From Podarcis cretensis (Eukaryota), in assembly GCA_951804945.1 (NCBI GenBank), contig OX638150.1:97154001-97218000 (forward strand): 64,000 nt of DNA, given 5' to 3'. Both the position numbers and the translations under genes were made by a program. Of the stretch, positions 47,447 to 58,153 are shown piece after piece (positions within the stretch are counted from its first letter, which is position 1; every line of letters starts with the position of its first letter). The notes below the pieces were generated by a model. The model was not told the DNA's origin. It did no database searches and was given only the letters and a program-made list of their open reading frames with translations.

Positions 47447-49946
47447 CTCTAGCCTGATCCAGCAGGCCTCTTCTTGTTCACTATTTTTTATAGAAGGCAT
47501 TTTTATACTTCACCCGTTTTTCATGATTAGAATTTTAGCAGAAGTCATCAAACCAGAATGTGTCAATATGCGGCGCCCATTCATTGATTTTTTTGAAAGC
47601 TAAATTCTAACAAGCAGGCCAAGGGGGAGCAGTTGTGAAGAAAGAGTCATCCACAGCAATAAGAGGAAGGCCAAGAGGAGGAATCTGAGTGGGGTTATTT
47701 GTGGTCAGACCACAAATTCAAATCTCTTACACTGAATTGTGGCAAGTTGCCTAGCTGGAATGTCATCCCTCTTCCTAGTAGAGACATAATTCAGCCTCTC
47801 AGTTTACAGAACAGACCCGGTTAATTAACTCGCTGCCAGTAAGCACAGCACACTGACCAGCACACAACATGGTTAACTCCTCAGCTTAGCCTTTACTAAT
47901 GCTGTGTCTCAAATTCCATCTCACTTCCCACCCCCCCCAACCATTCTCCAATGGTTAATGGGATGAGAAATTGTTTCTGAACATCATCAAAGAGTAAAGA
48001 ACATTTCAATGAAATCCTTAAGGATGGGGTGCAGAGTTTTTACTTCTGAGATGGCCGAGGAGCCTTGTGAGAGTACACACTACAAGTCCTCTCTCTGGTG
48101 ATTTGCATTCTGCAGCCTTCCCAGGTGTCAACTCTTCCTGAGAGATCTATAACATCCTAGGCTGCGCTTTTTTCTGGAAACAGGAAAGCAAGGCGGCTGC
48201 CTATGTGTGCTTGACTGTTGTTTGTTGTTATTTTTTAAGGTTTTTTTAAGGTAAAAGGAAACACTTCCTTTTAAAATAAAATTAGAAAGCAAAATGATCT
48301 CAGGTGCTTGGTTGCCAGCCTCCCCAGATCCGTGTGCTCCAGGGAAGACATCCTGACCAGGTAAGTTCTCCCACATCCCCCCCCCCCCCAGATCAGAAAG
48401 TGCGGGCAGCCAGGAGTGCTGGGTAAATGTTTAATGGAAGTGAAAACACAAACCACCCATGGCTATCTTGCCATGATAAGGTAAGCTCAGCCTCACACCC
48501 ACCAAAACGATAAAAGAAATTGCCCTGAGAATGAGGCAGAAAAACAGGAGCTTTTTTTTTTCCTTGCAGGGAAGGAAAACTTTCTTGCAATTGGAGGAAG
48601 AGTTTGAAGTGCAGTACCAGCCTGTACAGGAGAACACCTCAGAGCAAAATGCAGGTGCTGAGTAGGGTCATTTTCAGGGTGCTTCAAACATCCATAAACA
48701 ACTCCCAGGCTTTGAGTTTGAGTTCAGATTCTTATTGCACATGGGAGGTGGCGATGGCTGTTTGAAATTGCTGCCCATTATCCTGGTTCTATCATTGCCC
48801 GTGGCCAGCCTGATATGTGCAGTCATCCCTTACATTTATCACTTTTTGAAAGCCACTCCACCATCGCAAGCCTTTTGCCTTTGGCACATAATCTCCTGAC
48901 CATGGAGAGCGAGCCATTGTTTGTTGGAATCTGAAGTGGTCCTCACAAGCCCAAGGAGCCCACCTTCACCCTCTGAGCTCTCTATCAGCTGTAGAGGATC
49001 TTAGCCTATGTCTCTAGTCCTGAAATGGTACTTTGGGAAAGGTGCTTATTGAAACGTGGGAATATTACTGTGTTTGGCTGCAGGATTCCCAGGGCTACGG
49101 CTGAGAGTGCATGTCTGTGTGGGAATACAGCAGACAATCATTCAGAAGTAAATTAAATTGATACATTAAATAACTTGAGCCACATCAAACTAATATTTAG
49201 ATTATTGCAGGTTCATGTTGATTTGCATGATGACTCCCCTCCCCATGTACCCTTAAGCGCCCTCAACATTTGCGTGCATGTCCCTTTATCACACTTACAG
49301 TATGCAAGATTTGTAAAGACAGCTGATAATATTTTCTACAAAAGCTGGTTGCAGTTTCCCATAGAGAGTTGTTACTCCCGGCTTACCTAACTCTCACATT
49401 TTATAGCTGGAAAAAGTAAGTTGGGCAAGCATGCCATAGAAACCTAAGTCTCCTCTGTTTGAACCTGTAGATCTACACCAAGAAACAGGGTGCATAATCC
49501 CATATTTGCTTTGGGAGATATTGCACCATGAGATATGGAAATCAAAATTGCAACAGGTTGAGGATATTTACTCAGTCCTGGTAGATATTTACTCTCTCCT
49601 CAAGACAGATAGAGCAAGTCCAGAACATTGCACGTTCCATCTGTACTGGATCGGTTTCTATCATTGTGGCCTGAGGAGATGGATAAGCTAGTTTGAAGAA
49701 CTGTGGTTGGCCACCTGCCCCCTTAACCCCTGCCCATGTTTTCTTCTTATAGCTAGCCATAGGGGTCTGACTAGGTGGGTCCAGGGAGTGATCAACGCTT
49801 CACTGGGGGAGGAAAAAGCTCCATCTGCCTAGAAGGAGGTGGTGGTGCATCTGCTGAAGAAGACCTCCCTAGACCCAGAAGTGTTAAACAGCTATCGTTC
49901 CATGGGGGAAATTCCCTTTGGGGGCAAGGTTTTCAAGAAGTTCTAG

Positions 49947-50042
49947 CTTCAGGCATGCTTGGAGGAAACTGATTACTTGAATGCATTCCAGTCTGGTTTC
50001 AGTCCTGGTTAGGGCACTGAAAATGTCTTGGTCACCCTGGTA
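49947..50042 (+). mobile_element. L2 reverse-transcriptase fragment
   Basis: Translates to LQACLEETDYLNAFQSGFSPG*GTENVLVTLV, the L2 RT QSGFR...TETAL motif with an in-frame stop. Confidence 0.8.
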
Positions 50043-50264
50043 TTTTTCTGGAGCATCTTGGGAAGCTGCATTGTACTTCACTGATTCTGCTCCTACCTCC
50101 AGGGCTGCTCCCAGAAAGTAGTTATGGGAGCCTACGGTTCTGCACAATAGGAATCCTCCTGTGGTGCCATCAGGGTTCCATTTTGTCCTCCATGCTATTG
50201 AACATCTATGTTTATTGGATACATTTGTATTAATGTCTTTCATAAGTCTTCTCAATGCAGTTTA

Positions 50265-50445
50265 CAGTCTATACTTTGGGTTACAGACGCTTCAGGTTGC
50301 GTTTTTTTGGGTTGTGGACCACCGAAACCCGGAAGTACCGGAACGGGTTACTTCCGGGTTTTGGCAGTCGTGCATGCGCAGAACTGCTAAAATGCGCTTT
50401 GTGCATGCGCAGAAGCATCAAATCGCAACCCACGTGTGCGCAGAC
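50265..50445 (+). mobile_element. Partial Tc1/mariner MITE related to family A
   Basis: TA-cag start and gggttacagacgcttcaggtt are shared with family A. CpG-rich hairpin core. No right TIR seen. Confidence 0.7.
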
Positions 50446-50707
50446 TACCTCTGGGGCATAATTAACTGCTATAGGCCATAATGAGGGGGGGGGTCTTTAA
50501 GGCACCCCACATTGTCCATGGATGAGGCCTGCTGAATATCAAGTCATAATGCATTCCACAGTTTTGAGTCCACTGCCAAAAATGCCCTGGTCCATGTACC
50601 TGCAAGTCAGATTTCCTTTACATCTAAGGACCTCAGTAGGGCTCCAGAAGAGAATCTTAAGGTATCGGAGCAGGTGGTCCTTTAGGTAACCTGGTCCGCA
50701 ACCACAG

Positions 50708-51338
50708 GAGAGCCAGTGTGGTGTAGTGGTTAAGAGCAGTAGACTCCTAATCTGGTGAACCGGGTTCGCGTCTCCGCTCCTCCACATGCAGCTGCTGGGT
50801 GACCTTGGGCCAGTCACACTTCTTTTTAGCCTGGAGAAGAGGAGGTTAAGGGGTGATATGATAGCCATGTTCAAATATATAAAAGGATGTCACATAGAGG
50901 AGGGAGAAAGGTTGTTTTCTCCTGCTCCAGAGAAGCGGACACGGAGCAATGGATCCAAACTACAAGAAAGAAGATTCCACCTAAACATTAGGAAGAACTT
51001 CCTGACAGTAAGAGCTGTTCGACAGTGGAATTTGCTGCCAAGGAGTGTGGTGGAGTCTCCTTCTTTGGAGGTCTTTAAGCAGAGGCTTGACAACCATATG
51101 TCAGGAGTGCTCTGATGGTGTTTCCTGCTTGGCAGGGGGTTGGACTCGATGGCCCTTGTGGTCTCTTCCAACTCTATGATTCTATGATTCTATGATTCTA
51201 AGTCTCTCGGCCTCACTCACCTCACAGAGTGTTTGTTGTGGGGGAGGAAGGGAAAGGAGAATGTGAGCCGCTTTGAGACTCCTTCGGGTAGTGATAAAGC
51301 GGGATATCAAATCCAAACTCTTCTTCTTCTCTTCTTCT
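50708..51338 (+). mobile_element. tRNA-derived SINE (family of 36799), split by CR1
   Basis: 5' part 50708-50825 and 3' part from about 51200 are collinear with the intact copy at 36799. Confidence 0.9.
50824..51199 (+). mobile_element. Young CR1 3' fragment
   Basis: Open [13 protein letters not shown]...RKNFLTVRAVRQWNLLPRSVVESPSLEVFKQRLD, followed by the 3' UTR and (ATTCTATG)n tail. Confidence 0.95.
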
Positions 51339-51798
51339 TTACAGGTGACCAGCATAACTTTAAATTGGGCCCAGAAATGCACTGGCAAGCAGAACAACTG
51401 ATATAATATTGGTGTAATATGTTCTGACTGGAGCTGAGTGTATGGGGTAGAAAAGATGGAGGTAGTCATCTGGGGCAACCCATTGCTTGCAAATGGAATT
51501 TCCCCCAACTTAAGCCATCTTGTCTACAGGTGTTATTAACAGCATACCCAACAGAAGCCAGCACAGCTTCCCGACCACTTGGTGTTGGGCAGGGCTGTGC
51601 CAGTGCTTGCAAATTCTGGCCAAAGAGATGAGGACTAAGGCAAAGGGGGAAACAACCCTTGCTTCTTATCACAACAGCCATTCCCCTGAGGTATTGTGGG
51701 AGGTAAATGAGGGTAATGAGGTGGACCCAACAGTTCACTCAAATGAGTGCAGGGCACAGCAGCTATACACTGTGGCACCTCCAGCATACCGAAAATGT

Positions 51799-51800
<2 letters not shown>

Positions 51801-51851
<51 letters not shown>
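51801..51851 (+). repeat. (CAG)14(CAA)3 compound microsatellite
   Basis: Directly visible; abuts an L2 3' end. Confidence 0.95.
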
Positions 51852-51853
<2 letters not shown>

Positions 51854-52058
51854 TCATTTTTTATACCCCGCTCATCCGGCTGGGTTTCCCCAGCCACTCT
51901 GGGTAGCTTACAGCATATATAAGAACATAATAAAACATCAAACATTAAAAATATTCCGATACAAGGCTGCCTTCAGATGTCTTCTAAAAGTTGTGTAGTT
52001 CTTTATCTCCTTGACATCTGAAGGGAGGGCATTCAACAGGGAGGGCACTCTACTCAGA
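51852..52058 (-). mobile_element. L2 3' fragment
   Basis: Homologous to 15848-16099 (ggctgggtttccccagccactctggg...ggctgccttcagatgtcttctaaaagt). Confidence 0.88.
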
Positions 52059-52712
52059 ACGTAATAACATAAGAGCCTACTGGATCAGGCCAATGGCCCC
52101 ATCTAATCCAGCACCCTGTTCTCACTGCGGCCACCCAGACCTAATGTTATAATGCTGAATTTTATCTTTGGCTCTCTCCACATCCAGAGCCTTTTACATG
52201 CATTTGGGATTTTGTGGGGTGTGCTGCTTATATTTGAATTTGGGAAGTCCTTGCAGTTCTCCTCCCTCCCCCAATTGTCACTTTCAGTCTTGTTGCCTTT
52301 GGAATTCTTTCAGGCTGCTTTGGCACAGGCGTGAGTGGCAGGTGTGTTGCCACCTGGGTCACATTGGCACTGCTGGAAACAAAGGAGACAATAGACTTCC
52401 AGCCATAAAAAATAAAAAAAGGCAGCTGCTTAGCAACTCCGGCTTGCACAATCTCAACCCCCACCCCTCCTGCTTCTCCAAGCAAACAAGCAGACACGAG
52501 CAGCGCAATAAAGGGAATGACAGGGGAAGAAAGAGACAAGAACTGGCTCCGACCTAGAGTTCTCTTTTTCTCTCTTTGCGTGTGTGAGGCGAAGGGATAT
52601 GGGAGAGAAGAGATTGGAGGGAATTGAAGATGGTGGCACTCCAGGGCAAAGTAGGCCAGCGTTTTCTGGGAGAATTTTTTTCAGGAAAAGGGAAGCAACA
52701 TTATATGAATTA

Positions 52713-52928
52713 CAGTGGTACCTCAGGTTAAGAAAATTCGTTCTGGAGGTCTGTTGTTAACATGAAATTGTTCTTAACCTGAGGTACCACTTTAACTAAT
52801 GGGGCCTCCTGCTGCCGCCACGTGATTTCTGTTCTCATCCTGAAGCAAAGTTCTTAACCTGAAGTACTATTTCTGGGTTAGCGGAGTCTGTAACCTGAGT
52901 GTCTGTAACCTGAAGCGAGGTACCACTG
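52713..52928 (-). mobile_element. MITE family A, copy 8
   Basis: TIRs and TA TSD. Confidence 0.9.
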
Positions 52929-55366
52929 TAGTAGTATATGGAGTAACACTATATGAATTAGTGCTGTATTGAAATCCACAACCAATATAAGAACATAAAT
53001 CATAAGAAGAGCCTGTTGAATCAGGCCAATGGCCCATCTAGCTCAGCATCCAGTTCTCAGTGGCCAAACTGTGGGAAACCTGCAAGTAGGATTTTGAGCA
53101 CAAGAGCACTGTCTCCTCCTGTGGTTTCCAGCAACTGGTGTTCAGAAACATGTTCTCAATCTCATTCTGATGGCGCTTTAGAATTTCCTCAGAATTTCGG
53201 TGACTGTGAGGTTTTGAGCTAACCTTATCACTGTGAGGTACTTAGTGTGCGTTTCTTCCCAGTAAACATTTATCCAGTACTCTGCCATATCCCTGGCTGT
53301 CCATACCTCTTGTTCTGAAAAAGGCCCATGGGAGGAGTTACCTCATGATGGCTCCCTCTGGGCTTTAAAGTGAAGTGCAGACACCCAGGAAGGCTGCAGG
53401 GTGTAGGGCACTGGGGAGATGATTTGTGGAATGAAAGAAATGGCACCCACAAGTCCCCCTCAGCTAAGTGCATGAAACATACCATCCAAGTGCCCTAGGA
53501 AAAATGGGACACCCTATTTTTTAATTGTGAGATCTTGGTGGCCATTTTGGGTGCTGTGGTCTTGTACGCTTTCACACTGTGGCCTCCCCCTGAAAAGTGC
53601 TTTGGGGGGCAGCAATCCTGCACAAGATCTCGCCTCCCCAAAGTGCTTTTTTGGGGGGTGAGGGTGAGGCGCAGGTCACCCTCTGGGTGTCTGGGAGCAC
53701 ATCCTGGAAGATGTGCATCCCAGGGGTCCAGTGATGAGAGGGAGAGACCAGCTGCAGATGGCATGGTGACCTCCATCCAGCTGAGTTGCTGTAGCATTCT
53801 AGGATGGAAAGAGGGAGCAGCAAAGTCAAAGCAGTGGAAATGTGCTGGCAGGAGCACTCTCTTGTGCTCCCTGGAAAATGCATGAAGAGCCACCAGAACA
53901 CAGCCTTTAAACCTTTTAAAGTCATATTGTTCAAGCTGGCATGGGGAATGGGTAATTCCTAGCAGATTTTATGACTAAGTAGGGATGGGGAGGGGAAATG
54001 GCTGTACAATACAAGCAATGTCTGGGAAAGTGCTGTTGAAGGCAGGAAGGTTATCCCTTAGCAGGAGGCATCATTGCGAACACATTAATGTCCCACTTTA
54101 TATGCTCTGTGCATTAAAATTTGTATACATGGGGGGGGGGCATTTCTCCTACTATATTAATTTTCGAACACAATTTTGCCTAATGTGCACATTTTTGCAA
54201 GCCATTTCCTCAGATTTAATGTAGTTTGTAGTATGTTACTTTCACTAATATTTCTATTGTGGTGTGTGTTTTGGATTGAGAACTGCACCACAAAATCCAG
54301 ATATGGACAAATTCTGAAAGATGGCCATGGTCTGCTTTGCTTATGGCATCTTTTACTAACCCTGGTGCCCTCCAGATGTGTTGGACTACGACTTCTGTCA
54401 GCTGGCTGGGGCCAAAGAAAGCTGGAGCCCAAAGCACTAAAGGATGCCAGGCCAGTGAAGGCCAGTTTATTAGAAGGAGAGGCACAGATTTGACTGAAGT
54501 GCATTAAAATGTGAACCTAAGAGATTCCTCCCCAATCTCTACTTGCTTGGAGACAGAGATCACAAGACATTTGGCTGACCCTTATGCTCAGCCCACCCTT
54601 AGGCAACAGGCATATCCTGGTATTGTTGTTCTAGTGTTAGCTTTCCTATTGTTCTTTTTGCTATATTGCTCATTTGCTCTTGTTTGCATTTTGATTGTCA
54701 TACCCTATCCGAAAGAACATAGGCACAGTGGAGTTCATAATCTGAGTTTGGAATTATTAATCTTTAAAACACTGGGGCGTGATCAAACCATTTTAGGAAC
54801 ATCTCAGTCCCCGCTGCTTTCTACAGGAGAATGAAACTGGTGCTTATCTTTCTCCTTTTGAATGCAATGGGATTTAGAATTCCTTAAGTTCAGAAGAACT
54901 GTGTTCCTAGGGTGTGACTTTTTCTGTTTTATTAGGCTGTTCTTATTGTTTTCACTTGAAAACAAAAGCATTTTGCCACACAATAAATACTATCGCTTAT
55001 CAACGATCAAACAATGAATACTGTCACATGTCAATTGTGAAATAAATATCAGCTGTCCAATGCTGACAAATATCAAATACCAAGTATTGACATCAAAAAG
55101 CAAATATTGTCAAATGTTGAATGCTGGTGTTGAGTGAGGACTGTTTGGCAGCTGCATGGACACTTGTGCCATGAACATGAAGTCCCACATGTTGAAAACC
55201 TCTAGATATTATCATGCTGCACAGAGAAATTTGGGAGAGCATATCTATGAAAACTTCAGAGTGTGCTACAGAGTGTGCTACAGAGTGTGCAATATGTTGA
55301 CTATTACAGCAGAAAGGGAACATGCCACTTTGATGTTCTATACATCGCCTAGCACACTGAAGAAAC

Positions 55367-55644
55367 CAGTACAACTACAGGGGACTCTGGGTGCCCAAGC
55401 ACCCAGAAAACTTTTTGTTGTGGGTGCTCAGCACCCACACTGCAAGGCCCCGATGCAACTTCTGGTGCCTCACGAAAAACCGGAAGTCATGTCTGAGACC
55501 TCGGAAATACTTTTTGAGGTCTCGTGAGTTCTCGGAACCTGAGTTCCTGAGTGCCACTGGAAGTTAGGTGCCGAGGTCTGATGGCGCGCATGAGGTCATG
55601 CTCACTGGGCACCCCATAACCTGGGGCCCAAGTCAGCTCCCCTG
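55367..55644. mobile_element. hAT MITE with decayed TIRs
   Basis: cag...ctg ends. Perfect 8-bp TSD gaagaaac. GC-rich body with short internal inverted repeats. Confidence 0.7.
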
Positions 55645-55739
55645 GAAGAAACTGCAGAATAGGGTAAGTCCATGAAAGCTTTTTCTTCATGGTTGTCTTT
55701 ACCTGCAAAATCTAAAGGAATCCACATGTGCCACTAGCA

Positions 55740-56000
55740 AAGGGAACAGCTTACAACAGGTAGCTGGTGATGAGCCATTAAGAGTAATTACATTCCAGCT
55801 CCCTCAAAGTCTTCAATTAAGCCCCTTGGTTCTACATGAAGTATTTGCCTCATTAAAACACGTGCCTCGTTAAAATTAAAATACCATTTGCAATGTACAT
55901 TGGAGTTTACAGTGCAGTAACCAAACGGCAGTATGCCTTTAATTTGAGAAACACCCCTTTTTGAAAGGGAGGGGATGGGTTTTATTAAATGTGTGCAAGG
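55740..56000. promoter_or_regulatory. Candidate conserved non-coding element
   Basis: Unique DNA with CATTAA, TAATTA and AATTAA cores and a CACGTG. Confidence 0.3.
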
Positions 56001-56821
56001 TAGGCACAGCCTAGAAATGGATCATAGAAGAATGGTTTTAGTTTGTTTTTGGCTAGTTTAGCATATACCACTGAAAGAAATGATATGTGCTTATTTCGTT
56101 ACACTTGAACGAACTGCTGTACTGGGAAATTTTGTAATGTGAGAATTGGCATTGAAGTGCTCTGTTCTGCCATTCTGGGTGTTTGGAGATCTAATTGTGG
56201 TGTGCTCAAACTGTTAAAAAAGAGTGCTCCTAACATACCTGTGGCATCTGTGAACAATCACAAGGACATAAGAGGTGCCTTGCTATGTTCTTGAGACTGT
56301 TTATTGAGAGGCTTTGCTCTACTTGCAGCCCAGGAAGCAACCAAATTGGGGGCTGGGGGAGGAGAATGATGCCCAAGGATTTGGCAGAGAACCATTTGCC
56401 AAACAGCTTGATAAGAGGTTTTCTCTGTATGGACCTCTCATCATACACATGTGGCAATTCAATGCAGCCAATTCGTTCATTTCTTAAATTTTTATCCAGC
56501 CTTTCTACCCAGAGGACCCCAGGGCAGCAGAACTATACAATTAAAAACATTCAGTAAAAACCAGGAAAAACATTTAAAATTTAACTGCATCTAAAATATT
56601 TTGAAAGAGTTGACCATAGGCAAGAAAAGCACCTACATTACACTCCAGTGAAAACCAGATACAAAGAAGTGCCTTCCTAGATCAGAGCAAAGGTCTACTT
56701 AGTTTAGGACCCTGTTTCTCATGAGACCCCTTTGGGAAGTTCACAAATGGGGCAGTGATAGATCTTTCCCCCATGAATTTATCCAACCCCACCTTTTAAG
56801 CCATCTAAGCTAGTGACTATG

Positions 56822-57311
56822 TGTTATGTACTGAATAAGATCCAAAATGCAGTAGTCTGATTGGTCCTAGAACAATAGGATTCAGAGTGCAGCAGTCTGA
56901 TTGGTCCTAGAACAACAGGATTCAGAATGCAGCAGTCTGATTGGTCCTAGAACAATAGGATCCAGAATGCAGCAGTCTAATTGGTCCTAGAACAATAGGG
57001 TCCAGAATGCAGCAGTCTGATTGGTCCTAGAACAACAGGATTCAGAATGCAGCAGTCTAATTGGTCCGAGAAATATAGGATCCAGAATGCAGCAGTCTGA
57101 TTGGTCCACAGGAGCCACCCAATCCAAATCCAGGTGGAAGTGAATCCGCAACCTGATTGGCCTACAGGAGAATCCCAGAATTAGCCAATCATGTGGGACC
57201 CATTGTGTAAATAATGTATATAAAACAAATATTTTGGGGAAACTTCCATTCCTCACTACTATGAGCTGAATAAAGAGCATGAAATCCACACTCGATTCCG
57301 AGTATATTTCA
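56822..57311 (+). mobile_element. Solo LTR with a 40-bp tandem CCAAT array
   Basis: TG...CA termini and perfect 5-bp TSD ctatg. TATA-like tatataaa at 57217-57224 and AATAAA at 57269-57274. Confidence 0.92.
56841..57107 (+). repeat. 40-bp minisatellite, about 6.7 copies, in LTR U3
   Basis: Unit tccagaatgcagcagtctgattggtcctagaacaatagga with an exact 40-bp period. Confidence 0.97.
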
Positions 57312-57696
57312 CTATGCATAGTCACTGACTGACAATTGCACCATTAACACCAGCTGTTCACAAGAGCAGTTCACAACAAGCTGTGGATCACTTTGTCTAC
57401 TGAGAACGAAGTTCTATGTGAGGCTTAGTCCCTGGGAAGTGTGTTTGGAATTGCGGCCTGCAGGGGCATCCGTTTGTGCTCTGACAGTGCCCTCATCTAA
57501 AATCACCACACTAGGCATGAGGGCTTAAAGCCTTCTGGACAGAAGCAAATAGGCTAGACTAAATGTTCCCTACCCAGGCTCCCTAAGCAGATGAGAAGCG
57601 TGTAAAATAGATATGTTGAATGTGCATTAAATGCTATGTTTGTGTGCATTGTGTATGAAAGTGGTTTGCATTTGCAGCATGTCTGTTTTGCAGAGA

Positions 57697-58153
57697 ACTG
57701 TAGCCACTGGGACCATATAACACTGGTCCTGAAAGACCTACATTGGCTCCCAGTACATTTCCAGGCACAATTCAAAGTGTTGCTGCTGACCCTTAAAGCC
57801 CTAAACTGCCTTGACCCAGTATACCTGAAGGAGTGTCTCCACCCCCATCATTCAGCACCGAGGTCCAGCGCCAAGGGCCTTCTGGCAGTTCCCTCACTGT
57901 GAGAAGTTAGGTTACAGGGAACCAGGCAGAAGGCCTTCTCGGTAGTCAAGCCTGCCCTGTGGAACGCCCTCCCATCAAATGTCAAGGAGATAAACAACCA
58001 TATAACTTTTAGAAGACATTTAAAGCCAAGCCCTGTATCAGGAAGTTTTTAATGTTTGATGTTTTGGTGTGCGTTTTTGTATTTTGTTGGAAGCTACACA
58101 GAGTGGCTCGGGCAATCCGGTCAGATGTGTGGCATAACAACAACAACAACAAC
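57697..58153 (+). mobile_element. L2 LINE 3' fragment
   Basis: HITLVLKDLHWLPVHFQAQFKVLLLTLKALNCLDPVYLKECL is L2 ORF2. 3' UTR and (AAC)n tail follow. Confidence 0.93.

Larger units (their letters stand above)
50545..51435 (-). mobile_element. Old L2 ORF2 C-terminal fragment, interrupted by a SINE
   Basis: Minus-strand peptides HITPILYQLFCLPVHFWAQFKVMLVTCK (right of the SINE) and CGCGPGYLKDHLL (left) rejoin into the L2 motif seen intact at 57697. Confidence 0.8.

Noticed and set aside
48304-48366. Exon ending at a perfect CAG|GTAAGT donor
   Set aside because: No convincing acceptor or recognisable peptide. A single perfect 9-mer is not unexpected by chance in a window this size.
51707-51945. 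PolyQ/polyA/polyS coding exon
   Set aside because: It is a (CAG)n microsatellite at an L2 tail with no splice or coding context.
55257-55290. 12-bp tandem triplication cagagtgtgcta
   Set aside because: An ordinary slippage repeat with no further structure.
56841-57107. CRISPR-like array (also 44277-44530)
   Set aside because: These are head-to-tail tandem repeats without unique spacers, inside eukaryotic TEs, with no cas genes.
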